From: an uncultured Gammaproteobacteria bacterium
GTDB taxonomy: Bacteria > Patescibacteriota > Microgenomatia > UBA8517
Direction: 5' to 3'
DNA: 64,000 bases
Assembly: GCA_964429215.1 (NCBI GenBank)
Contig: CAYSAY010000001.1
Coordinates: 118,127 to 182,126, forward strand
Shown: positions 8,531-17,950 of the stretch, in pieces
Layout of the letters: the number at the start of each line of letters is the position of its first letter
Position numbering within the stretch: position 1 is the stretch's first letter
Position numbers and translations under genes: made by a program
The notes under the pieces: generated by a model
What the model was told of the DNA's origin: nothing
Databases searched by the model: none
Seen by the model: the letters and a program-made list of their open reading frames with translations, nothing else

Positions 8531-10018
8531 CCAATCTTCAAGTATTTCAAGGAATGTTTTTAAGGGAGCTTCGATAATAAAGTCAAAAATGAAACTTAAA
8601 ATATTAATTTTACTTATTTGATTTGATAATAATTGGCCAATTTTTATGATTGGTAGAAAAATGTAGTCCATCAATGTTTCAAAAAATGATTCGTTATAAC
8701 TATCATGCAATTGATATTCTTTTGAAATTTCTCGTACTCGGAATGCAAAAAAGGAAACAACAGAAAGGAAAAACAAAAATATAATTTGGCTTATAAAACT
8801 GAATCCTAAAATTGTTAAAAACCAAAGTATCCCAAGTATCATTAAGATTGATGTAAACAAGAAAATGTAAAAAAATGTCTTGTCACTTTTCCCTAATATT
8901 TTATTTTCAACAATGTTTTCTGGGATATTCTTGTCACTATCTAGATATAACCAGTTATAAACCTGTTCAACCATGTCCTGAGTATTTCTTTTGCTAGGTA
9001 GTTTAACGGAAGAATTAAACAAGATCATTAATGATGGCGGGAATAAAATATTTATGGCAAGTACGACATAATTTAAATGGCTAAAAAGTATTTCAAATGG
9101 TATTTCAATGATTATTGCTAAAATCATTTTTGTAAGAAAAATATAGATTATGCTTCTCTTTGAGGCACGTATTACTTTATCCTTTGTTTGAGTATATTTT
9201 TCCTCAAGCAACTTTGTAGCTGCTAATTCAAGTTTGGTGTCGTCAGAAATTAGTTTTATAAATTCTGGATTTTCTTTTATTAAATCACGAATTAAGTTAA
9301 AAGGAGGTATTAATTGGTTGACCTTTCTTTTTATTAAATCTTTTAATGGGTGGTTTAGATGATTTTTTACAATTTCATATGTTTTTAGAAATTTATTAGG
9401 ATCGCTCCAATTAGGTAGTAAAACTTTTAAAAGTTTGTATGAGATAATATCGTCACTATTTTTTGCAAATGTTTTTTCTACCGCGATGTATATTTGAATA
9501 CTTTTAATTGTTTTGTCAGGTTCGTTGAAATCAATTTTATTAAAAATTGAAGAGGAAACATAATTAATTATAACTTGGTTTATTGGATTAAAATTTAAAT
9601 TGTCTTCAATTTCGCATGCACAAATAGTTATTATCTCTCTTGTATTTTTTGAATCGGATGTTTTGACCGCTTCTCTATATTTACTAATTATTTTTGAAAG
9701 TTGTTCAATTTTTTCATTTTCGACAACATTGTTTACTAAATATTTTGCCCATGATAGTTCTTTAATTAATAATTTAGCAATTTTTGAGTTGTCTTGATTT
9801 AAAAAAATTCTTCGTTTTAAAATTCTTTCAACAGCTGCAATCCTAACTAGGTTCTCATCTCTAAATTCGACTGCATTTCTAGCTTTTTCATAAATAAATG
9901 CTAAGTTAGAAGCAGTACTTGTTAAATTCTGAGATTTATTTGTTTTGTCTCCACTAAATTTTATAGCCAATTCAATATCTCTGACTAATTCCTTTGTTAC
10001 TTGGTTTATATTTGCCAT
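8489..10018 (-). CDS. hypothetical membrane protein (about 330 aa soluble N-terminal domain plus C-terminal multi-TM region)
   Basis: 509-aa ORF. The C-terminal third contains several hydrophobic helices. No recognised family. Confidence 0.5.
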   Translation of the reverse strand: MANINQVTKELVRDIELAIKFSGDKTNKSQNLTSTASNLAFIYEKARNAVEFRDENLVRIAAVERILKRRIFLNQDNSKIAKLLIKELSWAKYLVNNVVENEKIEQLSKIISKYREAVKTSDSKNTREIITICACEIEDNLNFNPINQVIINYVSSSIFNKIDFNEPDKTIKSIQIYIAVEKTFAKNSDDIISYKLLKVLLPNWSDPNKFLKTYEIVKNHLNHPLKDLIKRKVNQLIPPFNLIRDLIKENPEFIKLISDDTKLELAATKLLEEKYTQTKDKVIRASKRSIIYIFLTKMILAIIIEIPFEILFSHLNYVVLAINILFPPSLMILFNSSVKLPSKRNTQDMVEQVYNWLYLDSDKNIPENIVENKILGKSDKTFFYIFLFTSILMILGILWFLTILGFSFISQIIFLFFLSVVSFFAFRVREISKEYQLHDSYNESFFETLMDYIFLPIIKIGQLLSNQISKINILSFIFDFIIEAPLKTFLEILEDWLHFVRVKKEEILS

Positions 10019-10047
10019 GCTAATTTAAAAGACAGTATACTAGAAAT

Positions 10048-10374
10048 ATGGATAAAAACTATGGAGGAGTAATTTGGACGAATCATGCGATGCAGAGATT
10101 GTCAGAACGAGGTATAAAACAGGGAGATGCTTGGGCAACATGGAATAGACCAGAGCAGAGTAGATATGCTCAATCTCAGGGAGCATGGGTATACTATCGA
10201 ACTTATTATGACCAAAGAATTGAAGTTGTTGCAAAGCAGAATGAAAGAAAAGAATGGATTATATTATCAGTATGGTCAAAAACTATTAATTTAAGTACAA
10301 ACTCAAAAGTCAAAACAAAACCAGATTCGTTGTTGACAAGATTCTTTAAATTGTTTACATTTAATAATGGCTAA
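10048..10374 (+). CDS. DUF4258-like small protein (putative toxin-like domain)
   Basis: N-terminal WTNHAMQRLSERGI matches the characteristic (T/S)xHAxxRMxERGI start of DUF4258 proteins. Confidence 0.45.
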   Translation: MDKNYGGVIWTNHAMQRLSERGIKQGDAWATWNRPEQSRYAQSQGAWVYYRTYYDQRIEVVAKQNERKEWIILSVWSKTINLSTNSKVKTKPDSLLTRFFKLFTFNNG

Positions 10375-11191
10375 GATGAAACTCTTTCCAAAAAGAAACA
10401 AAAATTTACTTCCTTTATTAGCGGTTACGGTTTTAGTGCTTAGTTTAGCTTTAGTTAATTATTCTGAATTTTTATCTTCAACAGTTGAAAATACACAAAG
10501 TGTATTAAGTAAATCAGACGAAAACGAAGATGAAAATGATAATGATGATGAAAGCGCAACTTCATTAAAGACTGATGAACCCAAACCAGTGAATAGTCCA
10601 GAGTCGAAAGATGATAGAAAAGAAGAAAAAATAAAGAAAGAAGAAGCTAGAAAGCAAGAACTTAGGAAACAAGAGGCTAAAAAATTAGAAGCAAGAAAAG
10701 AAACAGAAAAGCCAAAATCTTCAGGAATAGTTAGAATTGAAGCGGAAGTTGAGAACGAAGAAGATGAAAATGAAGTAGAAAATGAATCTGAAAGCAGATT
10801 AGAAATTGAAAATGAATTTGAGCAAGAGTCAGAGACAGCTTCAGATGACGGTACAATTAATAAATTTAAATTAAAGATTAAAACAAGAACAGTTGCAGGG
10901 AAAACTATAATTGAAACTGCTTCTGGAGAAATGGAAGTAGAAAATAGTCCAACTGATGCAGTTAATAGCTTAGTAGATAATGATATTTTGGATACACCAA
11001 CTTCATTTGAAGCCAAAACTAATGATGATAATAAAGTTGAGTTTGAAGTTCAAGGCCTTGAAGTAAAAAAGTTACTTGGACTATTTTCTGTAAATTTACC
11101 TAAAAGTGTAACACTAGATGCTGATACTGGAGAGGTAATTGCTTCAAAACAAGGTGTTTGGACTCGATTCCTGAGTCTTTTGTCAATCTAA
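10367..11191 (+). CDS. hypothetical membrane-anchored, highly charged (E/K-rich) protein
   Basis: N-terminal TM, then KEEARKQELRKQEAKKLEARKE and acidic repeats. Its stop overlaps the next start (TAATG at 11189-11193). Confidence 0.5.
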   Translation: MAKMKLFPKRNKNLLPLLAVTVLVLSLALVNYSEFLSSTVENTQSVLSKSDENEDENDNDDESATSLKTDEPKPVNSPESKDDRKEEKIKKEEARKQELRKQEAKKLEARKETEKPKSSGIVRIEAEVENEEDENEVENESESRLEIENEFEQESETASDDGTINKFKLKIKTRTVAGKTIIETASGEMEVENSPTDAVNSLVDNDILDTPTSFEAKTNDDNKVEFEVQGLEVKKLLGLFSVNLPKSVTLDADTGEVIASKQGVWTRFLSLLSI

Positions 11192-12144
11192 TGATTGCTG
11201 ATTTTTTTAAGTGGTTAATATCAATTTTTATTGCTTTGTTTTCAGCTGCACCAGTAGCCGTCTCAACTTTTATGCCTTCAGCTGCACCAACAGAAATTGC
11301 CACAATGTCAGTTACTCAAATACCAGAAATTACTCCAACTCCGACACAAATTGCTACAGCTATACCTACATTAGCTCCAACACCTAAGCCAACCCCGATT
11401 CAATCGGGGCCAACAGTTAAACCGACAACTGCGCCAATTATTAATAATGTTCCTCCAAATACAGGTTTTGCAAAACAAAGTGTGCAAACTGATACAGGTG
11501 TTTTTAGTGTAAGTATAATTTCTGCAGATATAGGGAGTACAAGAGTAATTATTGATACTGCCTCTACCTCGGATTGTGGTTCAAATTGTCCAGCTTTATC
11601 GTTATCAGATTATATATCTCGTAATGGAGGCTTTGCTGGTGTTAATGGCACATATTTTTGCCCAAAAGATTACCCAAGCTGTGCAGGAAAAGAAAATACT
11701 TTTGATTTGCTTGTAATGAATAAAGGTAAATATTATTTTAATTCGGCAAATAATGTATACAGTACTAATCCTGCAGTAATTTTTGGAAGTGGGTATGTTC
11801 GTTTTGTTTCGGCCGGAAGTCAGTGGGGAAGGGATACAGGCGTGAATGGAGTATTGATGAATTATCCACTTTTAGTTTCAAGCGGAAACGTTAGTTTTGG
11901 AGGTGATTCTGATCCTAAAAAAGGAAGTGTCGGTAATAGAAGTTTTGTAGCTAATAGAGGAAATACTGTTTACATTGGTGTGGTTCATTCTGCGACTGTT
12001 GCAGAATCTGCAAGGGTAATGAAGGCCCTAAGTATGGATAATGCCTTAAATCTCGATAGTGGGGGTTCTACTGCCCTCTGGTACGGCGGATATAAGGTTG
12101 GACCTGGACGCGCAATTCCTAATGCAATTATTTTTGTAAGATAA
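11191..12144 (+). CDS. Phosphodiester glycosidase family protein (NAGPA/DUF2233-like), membrane-anchored with Pro/Thr-rich linker
   Basis: C-terminal ALNLDSGGSTALW matches the LNLDGGGS signature of PF09992. N-terminal TM and PT-rich linker. Start taken at the Met overlapping the upstream stop. Confidence 0.55.
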   Translation: MIADFFKWLISIFIALFSAAPVAVSTFMPSAAPTEIATMSVTQIPEITPTPTQIATAIPTLAPTPKPTPIQSGPTVKPTTAPIINNVPPNTGFAKQSVQTDTGVFSVSIISADIGSTRVIIDTASTSDCGSNCPALSLSDYISRNGGFAGVNGTYFCPKDYPSCAGKENTFDLLVMNKGKYYFNSANNVYSTNPAVIFGSGYVRFVSAGSQWGRDTGVNGVLMNYPLLVSSGNVSFGGDSDPKKGSVGNRSFVANRGNTVYIGVVHSATVAESARVMKALSMDNALNLDSGGSTALWYGGYKVGPGRAIPNAIIFVR

Positions 12145-12145
12145 A

Positions 12146-13363
12146 TTAGCTGGTGAAAGTTATAGCAACACCTTTTTTATCTGCTCTTCCAGTTCTACCA
12201 ATTCTATGAATATATGTGTCGTAACTTTCTGGTTGATCATAATTTATAACATGACTTACGTTTGGAATATCAATTCCACGAGAAGCTACGTCTGTAGCTA
12301 TTAAAATATTAATTTTATCTGATTTGAATTTATCTAGAGTTTTGATTCTTTGGCTTTGTCTTTTGTTTCCGTGGATACAATCTGCACGGAACCCTTTAGC
12401 GTATAAATCATCAGATAATTTTTGTACTCCATGTTTAGTTCTTAAAAATATCAAAACTTTTTCAAATTCTTTTTGGCTTAATAGCTCAAATAATTTATTA
12501 ATTTTTTGTCCTGCGTGTTCAACCTTCACTACTTCTTGGGAAACGTTTTCTGCAGTATCTCCTGTTTTAACTGATACCGTAACTGCACTTTCATTAACAA
12601 ATCGTTTTAATACCTTTCTAACTTTACCGTCAATTGTTGCTGAGAAAAATAGTGATTGTCTTCTTGAAGGTAGAAGCGAGATTAGTTGTTGTATATCTTT
12701 TAGGAAACCGATATCTACCATATGATCTGCTTCGTCCAAAACTACATTGCTAAATCTAGAAAGATTTAGATTTCTAGATTCAACATGATCCAAAAGCCTA
12801 CCAGGTGTTCCAATTACAAAATTAGGATTTCTTGAAAGATCTTGTCTTTGTTTATTCATATTTTCTCCTCCAATACATAGAGCAGAATAAATGTTTAAAC
12901 CACGTGAGACTGTAAATAATTCATCTTGGATTTGTTTTGCTAGCTCTCTTGTTGGGGCAACTATTAGCACTTTTTCGTCTTTATCTTTAATCATTTTATC
13001 CAATAACGGAATTAAAAAGGCTAAAGTTTTACCTGTACCAGTGTTTGCTATACCAATCAAGTCGTTTCCATTTAAAATTTCAGGAATTGATTGATCTTGT
13101 ATTGGTGTTGGGTTTATGTAATTTCTGTAAGCGATATTTTTCTTTAATCTGTCGTCAATTCTGAAACTGTTGAATGTATTTTTTGCAATATAATCTTCAC
13201 GAATAGTTTTTTCTTTGGAGTTCATTGTGTTAATTACAGTTGTAGGGTCAAAAGCTTTTACTGTTCTACCTCTACCGCCAGCACCAAAACGTCTACCCAT
13301 TGCACCATAATTTGTGCGAGCACGAAATCCACCACTAGATCCATTTTTAAAATTTTTATACAT
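12146..13363 (-). CDS. DEAD-box ATP-dependent RNA helicase with N-terminal RGG/Gly-Arg-rich tail
   Basis: Q motif, GTGKTLAF (motif I), DEAD, SAT and HRIGRTGRA (motif VI). Confidence 0.9.
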   Translation of the reverse strand: MYKNFKNGSSGGFRARTNYGAMGRRFGAGGRGRTVKAFDPTTVINTMNSKEKTIREDYIAKNTFNSFRIDDRLKKNIAYRNYINPTPIQDQSIPEILNGNDLIGIANTGTGKTLAFLIPLLDKMIKDKDEKVLIVAPTRELAKQIQDELFTVSRGLNIYSALCIGGENMNKQRQDLSRNPNFVIGTPGRLLDHVESRNLNLSRFSNVVLDEADHMVDIGFLKDIQQLISLLPSRRQSLFFSATIDGKVRKVLKRFVNESAVTVSVKTGDTAENVSQEVVKVEHAGQKINKLFELLSQKEFEKVLIFLRTKHGVQKLSDDLYAKGFRADCIHGNKRQSQRIKTLDKFKSDKINILIATDVASRGIDIPNVSHVINYDQPESYDTYIHRIGRTGRADKKGVAITFTS

Positions 13364-13463
13364 TTAATTTAAAACGATTGGGGAAAAACCGAAGAAGTAA
13401 ATAAATAATTACAACTAGTCTTTCAACACAATATAAGTATGATATCAGTAATGTCGCGAATTG

Positions 13464-13715
13464 TCAATCCCATAGTTTAATTAACTTTTCCTTATCTGTT
13501 TTGGTCATTTTTTTTATTTCTGCCTCTCTTTTCAGCGCAATACTTTTAGAATCACAGTTTTCTGTATATACCACTTCGAAGTTTTCAAATGAACGCATAT
13601 ATTTTGAAGACTTGGCACCTTTTGATTTGTGCTCACTTATTCGCTTTTCTAAATTGTTTGTAATTCCAGTATAAAGTGTGTTTTTTGAGGTTCTTAAGAT
13701 ATAAACTTTATACAT
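13464..13715 (-). CDS. GIY-YIG nuclease superfamily small protein (UPF0213/YhbQ-like)
   Basis: KVYILRTSKNTLYTGITNNLEKRISEH gives the GIY...YxG and R...E/H core. Confidence 0.7.
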   Translation of the reverse strand: MYKVYILRTSKNTLYTGITNNLEKRISEHKSKGAKSSKYMRSFENFEVVYTENCDSKSIALKREAEIKKMTKTDKEKLIKLWD

Positions 13716-14640
13716 GTTTAAGAATTTCTAGCGCTTCCTCAACTGTTTTGGTATTCATCATCTCTGCACGAAGTTTGCTTGCTCCTTCGAAATTATTGAC
13801 ATACATTTTATAAAACTTTTTGAGTTTGTCATAGTGCATGGTTTTGTCTGATAACTTTAAATGTTTAACTAGAACTTTTTTTGAATCCTTAAAATTGTGC
13901 TCAGTTATTTCCTTTTCAAAAACCCATGGGTTTGAAAAGATTCCGCGACCTATCATTACTCCATCCACTCCATAGATTTCGTGTTTTTGTAAAACATCAA
14001 TATAATTTTTGCAGTCACCGTTTCCAATAATAACTGTATTTGGTGAAATATTGCCCCTTAATTTAACAGCTTTTGAAATTTCTTCCCAATTTGCAGGAAC
14101 ATCAGACATTTGTCTGGCAGTTCTACCATGAACTGTGATTGCGTCCAATTTTTGTTCGAGTAAATAAGTAATCCAATCTTCCGTTTCAATATCTTTAAAT
14201 CCGATTCTAGTCTTAACACTTATGGGTAAATTATGTGAACCTTTCTTTGTAGCTTCAATTATCTCTTTTACTAAGGGTCTATTTTTAATAAGTGCTGAAC
14301 ATGCTCCAATTTTGACAACAGCTTTTACAGGACAACCCATATTAATGTCAATTCCATCAAATCCAAAGTCGAATGCAATTTTTGCAGATTTTTCAAAATT
14401 TTCTGGGTTTGTACCCCAAAGTTGAGCTACTATTGGTTTTTGATTATTACTAAATTTAAATCGATGAATTGTTTTTTCAAAGCCAATTGATGTTAGGGCA
14501 TCAGTATTAGTGAATTCTGTAAACAAAACGTCAGGTTTCGGTAATTCAGTTGCGACTATTTCTCTAAATGCAAAATTTGTAACATCTTCCATAGGGGCAA
14601 GGACTGTAAATGGTTTTGGTAGTTTTTGCCAGAAATTCAT
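13708..14640 (-). CDS. dus: tRNA-dihydrouridine synthase
   Basis: LAPMEDVTNFAFR and DINMGCP motifs. FMN-binding TIM barrel. Confidence 0.85.
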   Translation of the reverse strand: MNFWQKLPKPFTVLAPMEDVTNFAFREIVATELPKPDVLFTEFTNTDALTSIGFEKTIHRFKFSNNQKPIVAQLWGTNPENFEKSAKIAFDFGFDGIDINMGCPVKAVVKIGACSALIKNRPLVKEIIEATKKGSHNLPISVKTRIGFKDIETEDWITYLLEQKLDAITVHGRTARQMSDVPANWEEISKAVKLRGNISPNTVIIGNGDCKNYIDVLQKHEIYGVDGVMIGRGIFSNPWVFEKEITEHNFKDSKKVLVKHLKLSDKTMHYDKLKKFYKMYVNNFEGASKLRAEMMNTKTVEEALEILKHV

Positions 14641-14645
14641 AGTAT

Positions 14646-15614
14646 TTACAAGTATAGTTTAATATTTTCTTTGTGCTCTTCATAAGTTTTTGCACAGTGG
14701 ATTTGTTTGGTTGAGTCATGTAAATAAAAAATACAATCAGTCTCTTCAGGACTGATTGCTGCTTCTATAAAGTCAATATTTGGGCTGCATATTGGTGTAG
14801 GTGGCAAGCCTTCATTTCTGTAACTGTTATAAGGTGAATCTAATTGTTTTTGCTTTAGATCAATTGCGCCCCACCAGCTACCATTTGCATTTTTACCTAA
14901 TGTATATTGCATTGTGGCATCAATTTGAAGTCTCATGTCTGTATTTAATCTGTTCCAAATAATACCTGAGATTAATTTAGCATCTTCTCTTCCTGCAGCT
15001 TCTCTTGCTATAAGGGATGCAATTTTAACTCCTGTAGTCCATTTTATATTTGCTTCATAGAATTTATCAGTAAGTGGCGCCATTTTTTCGTTAAATCTAT
15101 TGATGAATCTTGTTGATATTTGTTTTACTGTTTCATCCTTAGGTATTAAATAGGTATCTGGGTAATAGACGCCTTCGAAATAGTCAGTATCAATATTTAA
15201 TTTATTCCATTCTGATAATTGGGTTTGATCCCATTTTAATATTTCTGCTAGTTTTTCTCCTACCTGTTCTTTTCTGGGACATGCGTAAATATTAACCCAA
15301 AATAAGTCTTGTTCATCAGTTATGTTTTTAATTATTTCCCAGGAATTCATAGATTTGGATAAGTTGTAGCCTCCTTCTTTAATGATTGTAGAAGAGGAAA
15401 AGTAATCAAATAATAATTCAAAACTTTTTTTATTCTTAATTAAATTGTTTGAATAAAGTTCATCGGCTAAATTAAATGATCCTTTGTTTTGTGGAACTAT
15501 AAATGTGATGTTATCACTGGAATTATTTACTGGACCTAAAAAGTTCCATGCTAGGAATAAGATAAATAAACTTAGCGAGATGAGTACGACAAACGTTTTC
15601 CAAATAGTAGACAT
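14646..15614 (-). CDS. mltG: Endolytic murein transglycosylase MltG (YceG-like)
   Basis: N-terminal TM and the YceG signature ...YNSYRNEGLPPTPICSP. Confidence 0.8.
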   Translation of the reverse strand: MSTIWKTFVVLISLSLFILFLAWNFLGPVNNSSDNITFIVPQNKGSFNLADELYSNNLIKNKKSFELLFDYFSSSTIIKEGGYNLSKSMNSWEIIKNITDEQDLFWVNIYACPRKEQVGEKLAEILKWDQTQLSEWNKLNIDTDYFEGVYYPDTYLIPKDETVKQISTRFINRFNEKMAPLTDKFYEANIKWTTGVKIASLIAREAAGREDAKLISGIIWNRLNTDMRLQIDATMQYTLGKNANGSWWGAIDLKQKQLDSPYNSYRNEGLPPTPICSPNIDFIEAAISPEETDCIFYLHDSTKQIHCAKTYEEHKENIKLYL

Positions 15615-15823
15615 AGGGCTATTATACCAAGAAACATCAAACTACTTATGCAAAATTGTCCAAAACTGGCTGGGCTTATCGCTACAAGCGTTATTCCAGA
15701 TAGCAAAGTACTGGTAGTTAAGACTGCTATATGTTTAATTTTTTGAGTTGATGGTGAAAAGGCAGAATAAATTGAATAAACAAGGCTAATTAAAGCTAAT
15801 ATGATGTGTGTTACTAAAATCAT
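15572..15823 (-). CDS. hypothetical small membrane protein (2 TM)
   Basis: ORF only, hydrophobic. It overlaps the mltG start and may be spurious. Confidence 0.2.
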   Translation of the reverse strand: MILVTHIILALISLVYSIYSAFSPSTQKIKHIAVLTTSTLLSGITLVAISPASFGQFCISSLMFLGIIALCLLFGKRLSYSSR

Positions 15824-16126
15824 TACTTAATAATAACAGAAAATCATTAAGAGGGGATTAATTATTTCCAAATATATCTGCTTAAAATAAAAAAGGGTCT
15901 CTGAGTGAAGATACAATTACTATTAAATATAAATTGAGGTATCTCTATCTTTCAAACTTTAGTTTAAATGGCAAAAACCGAGACTGTAAAGTCGTGGGGC
16001 TTTTATCTTAAAAACTTTAACTCTTAAAATGTAAGCAGATGTATCCGGAGACAATCAGCAATATAGGTATTATAACAGGTCTTTTCCAAATGTCAATACT
16101 ATGGGTGTTTTCAACCTAATAGATGA

Positions 16127-17098
16127 TTATTTTTGGATTACTCCTAAATTTTTGTATTTTAATTTAAATTCATCTAAAAAGTAACCGATGTTAGGTACTA
16201 TGCTCGAGAGTCTTTTAAGATTATCTTTAACTTTGACAAGTGGATCAACGCATCTAGGTTTATTTGGCCCAAAAAATTCTGCACTTTCCTTATCTGAATA
16301 AACAAATTCCTTATTTATTTCGAGTCTATTTAATAGTTTGTTTATTGCTACATTTTTGGTCGATTTTAATTTATTCATTAGTTGAATATCATCCGTAAAA
16401 AAGTCAGCTTCTGTTATGTATTTATTTTCAAGTGCAATTTTTAATGCTTTAGAAATTAAAAAGAATGATCCGTGCGATGTCGGGTCAAGCCAGATTAATC
16501 TAGAAAAACTAGAAAACAATATTGTATAAGTTGACGCAAGTCTAATATCTTTAAAATAAAGATTTTGTTTATCAAGATGAATATTTTTAATAAACTCATT
16601 AACTAAAACTTTTGGCAAATAATTCATCATGTATCCATCTCTCATAAAATAATCCCATCTGTCAAAAGATATGTCTGGTAAATTATTCTCAAGTAAGGGA
16701 AACTTTTCTAAATCTAGTACCTTTTCTAGACTTATTTTGTGTTTAATAAGAATCTTAGGAATATCGGATTTTAAAATAATTTTTTCAGTAAATTTTTCAT
16801 GGAAATCGTGGGCTTCACTTAGAAATACAAAGTCAATTACATGAGAAAACGCAGTATGGGGAACATCGTGCAATAAACATGCTATTTGCTCCTCAATCGG
16901 CCTCTTAAACAAGTAAGATAAATACCAAACTCCAACACTGTGTTCAAATCTGTTTACGTCTCTAATAGGTTGAATAAAATGAGGAGCCCCATCTTGACTT
17001 ATTTTTTTAAGCCGTTGTACAGGATTTGAAAGTATTAGTTCCTGAATTACTTTTTCTTTAACCTTTATTTTTCCATAAATTCTGTCTTTAATTATCAT
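16127..17098 (-). CDS. HD-domain phosphohydrolase (dNTP triphosphohydrolase-like)
   Basis: HSVGV...LLHDVPHTAFSH HD motif. The start is moved to the internal Met (MIIKDRIYG), because the track ORF's first 13 codons overlap tRNA-Gln. Confidence 0.7.
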   Translation of the reverse strand: MIIKDRIYGKIKVKEKVIQELILSNPVQRLKKISQDGAPHFIQPIRDVNRFEHSVGVWYLSYLFKRPIEEQIACLLHDVPHTAFSHVIDFVFLSEAHDFHEKFTEKIILKSDIPKILIKHKISLEKVLDLEKFPLLENNLPDISFDRWDYFMRDGYMMNYLPKVLVNEFIKNIHLDKQNLYFKDIRLASTYTILFSSFSRLIWLDPTSHGSFFLISKALKIALENKYITEADFFTDDIQLMNKLKSTKNVAINKLLNRLEINKEFVYSDKESAEFFGPNKPRCVDPLVKVKDNLKRLSSIVPNIGYFLDEFKLKYKNLGVIQK

Positions 17099-17106
17099 AT
17101 TTTTTG

Positions 17107-17177
17107 CTAGGGGACAGGGATTCGAACCCCGATTCAATGATCCAGAATCATTTTGCCTACCATTAGCAGATCCCCTA
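17107..17177 (-). tRNA. tRNA-Gln (anticodon CUG)
   Basis: Manual fold. Acceptor UAGGGGA/UCCCCUA has a U1:A72 pair, as in bacterial tRNA-Gln. D stem UGCU/GGCA. Anticodon stem AAUGA/UCAUU with loop UUCUGGA. T arm CGGGG-UUCGAAU-CCCUG. Discriminator G. No encoded CCA. Confidence 0.8.
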
Positions 17178-17194
17178 TTGTGGTTATGCCATGA

Positions 17195-17914
17195 TTATAA
17201 CAGAGGATACTTTCTAAAACTAATTAAATCCATAAATTCGTATGCTTCGATTTTTCTTCTAATTCTTACAGCATTAGTTCTTCTCTCTGGATGGAATCCA
17301 AGTTGCTTAATATTTGATTCTAAGAAATTTAATATTGAGATATTCATATTTGAAAAACTTAAATTGTATGTATATGTCTTTTTGTGAACTGAAAATGATG
17401 CTTCGGCTTCATATAGTCCTTTAATAAATGAAATGAGATTGGTTTTATTGTTTACTATCCAATCAGGTATGATAATGACCTTATCTTTTCTGGCGCCGAT
17501 AGGAATTCCTAGTCTTTCACTTAAATTATTTTGATAAATAGTGACATTAACACAATTGGCTATTTTTCTCTTATAAACACTTGGTTTTTTTGAAAATACT
17601 TTTTCGATAACTTTTGATGTGTATTTCCAAAGGTCGGGTTTGTCTGTTCCTAAAGTTATTCGTAGGCATTGAGTTCTTTCCATTTGATTAATATTACCGT
17701 CACCTAATGTAATACCAACCAAAAAGGATAAGTTAGAGTCCCTTTTGAGTTTTATCTGTGTGTTTGGAATAATACCTGATAATCTTGCATTGTGCCTCCA
17801 GTTTTTGAAATTATCAATTTTTAGTCTTTTGAATGTCTCTGAAATTTTTAGTACACTTTTGTCGTTAGACTTATTTTTACCCTTGTTCCAAGAACTCTTA
17901 ACCTCCATAATCAA
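17195..17914 (-). CDS. LAGLIDADG homing endonuclease (two-motif, free-standing)
   Basis: Two LAGLIDADG motifs, FLVGITLGDGNI and ISFIKGLYEAEASF, about 100 aa apart. 239 aa, AT-rich. It ends 17 nt upstream of tRNA-Gln on the same strand. Confidence 0.75.
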   Translation of the reverse strand: MIMEVKSSWNKGKNKSNDKSVLKISETFKRLKIDNFKNWRHNARLSGIIPNTQIKLKRDSNLSFLVGITLGDGNINQMERTQCLRITLGTDKPDLWKYTSKVIEKVFSKKPSVYKRKIANCVNVTIYQNNLSERLGIPIGARKDKVIIIPDWIVNNKTNLISFIKGLYEAEASFSVHKKTYTYNLSFSNMNISILNFLESNIKQLGFHPERRTNAVRIRRKIEAYEFMDLISFRKYPLL

Positions 17915-17950
17915 TTATATACCATTAGACGACGTAGTGTATAATAAATT

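Noticed and set aside
10459-11016. 185-aa minus-strand Ser-rich ORF
   Set aside because: It is the antisense shadow of the GAA/AAA-rich charged-repeat region of 10367..11191, and the S/F-rich product is an artefact of reading E/K codons backwards.
12324-13094. Plus-strand ORFs inside the DEAD-box helicase gene
   Set aside because: They are antisense to a gene with all helicase motifs intact. Their products are hydrophobic, low-complexity and motif-less.
16127-17137. Track ORF start for the HD hydrolase at 17137
   Set aside because: Its first 13 codons overlap the 3' half of tRNA-Gln (17107-17177). The internal Met at 17098 (MIIKDRIYG) gives a non-overlapping gene and is preferred.
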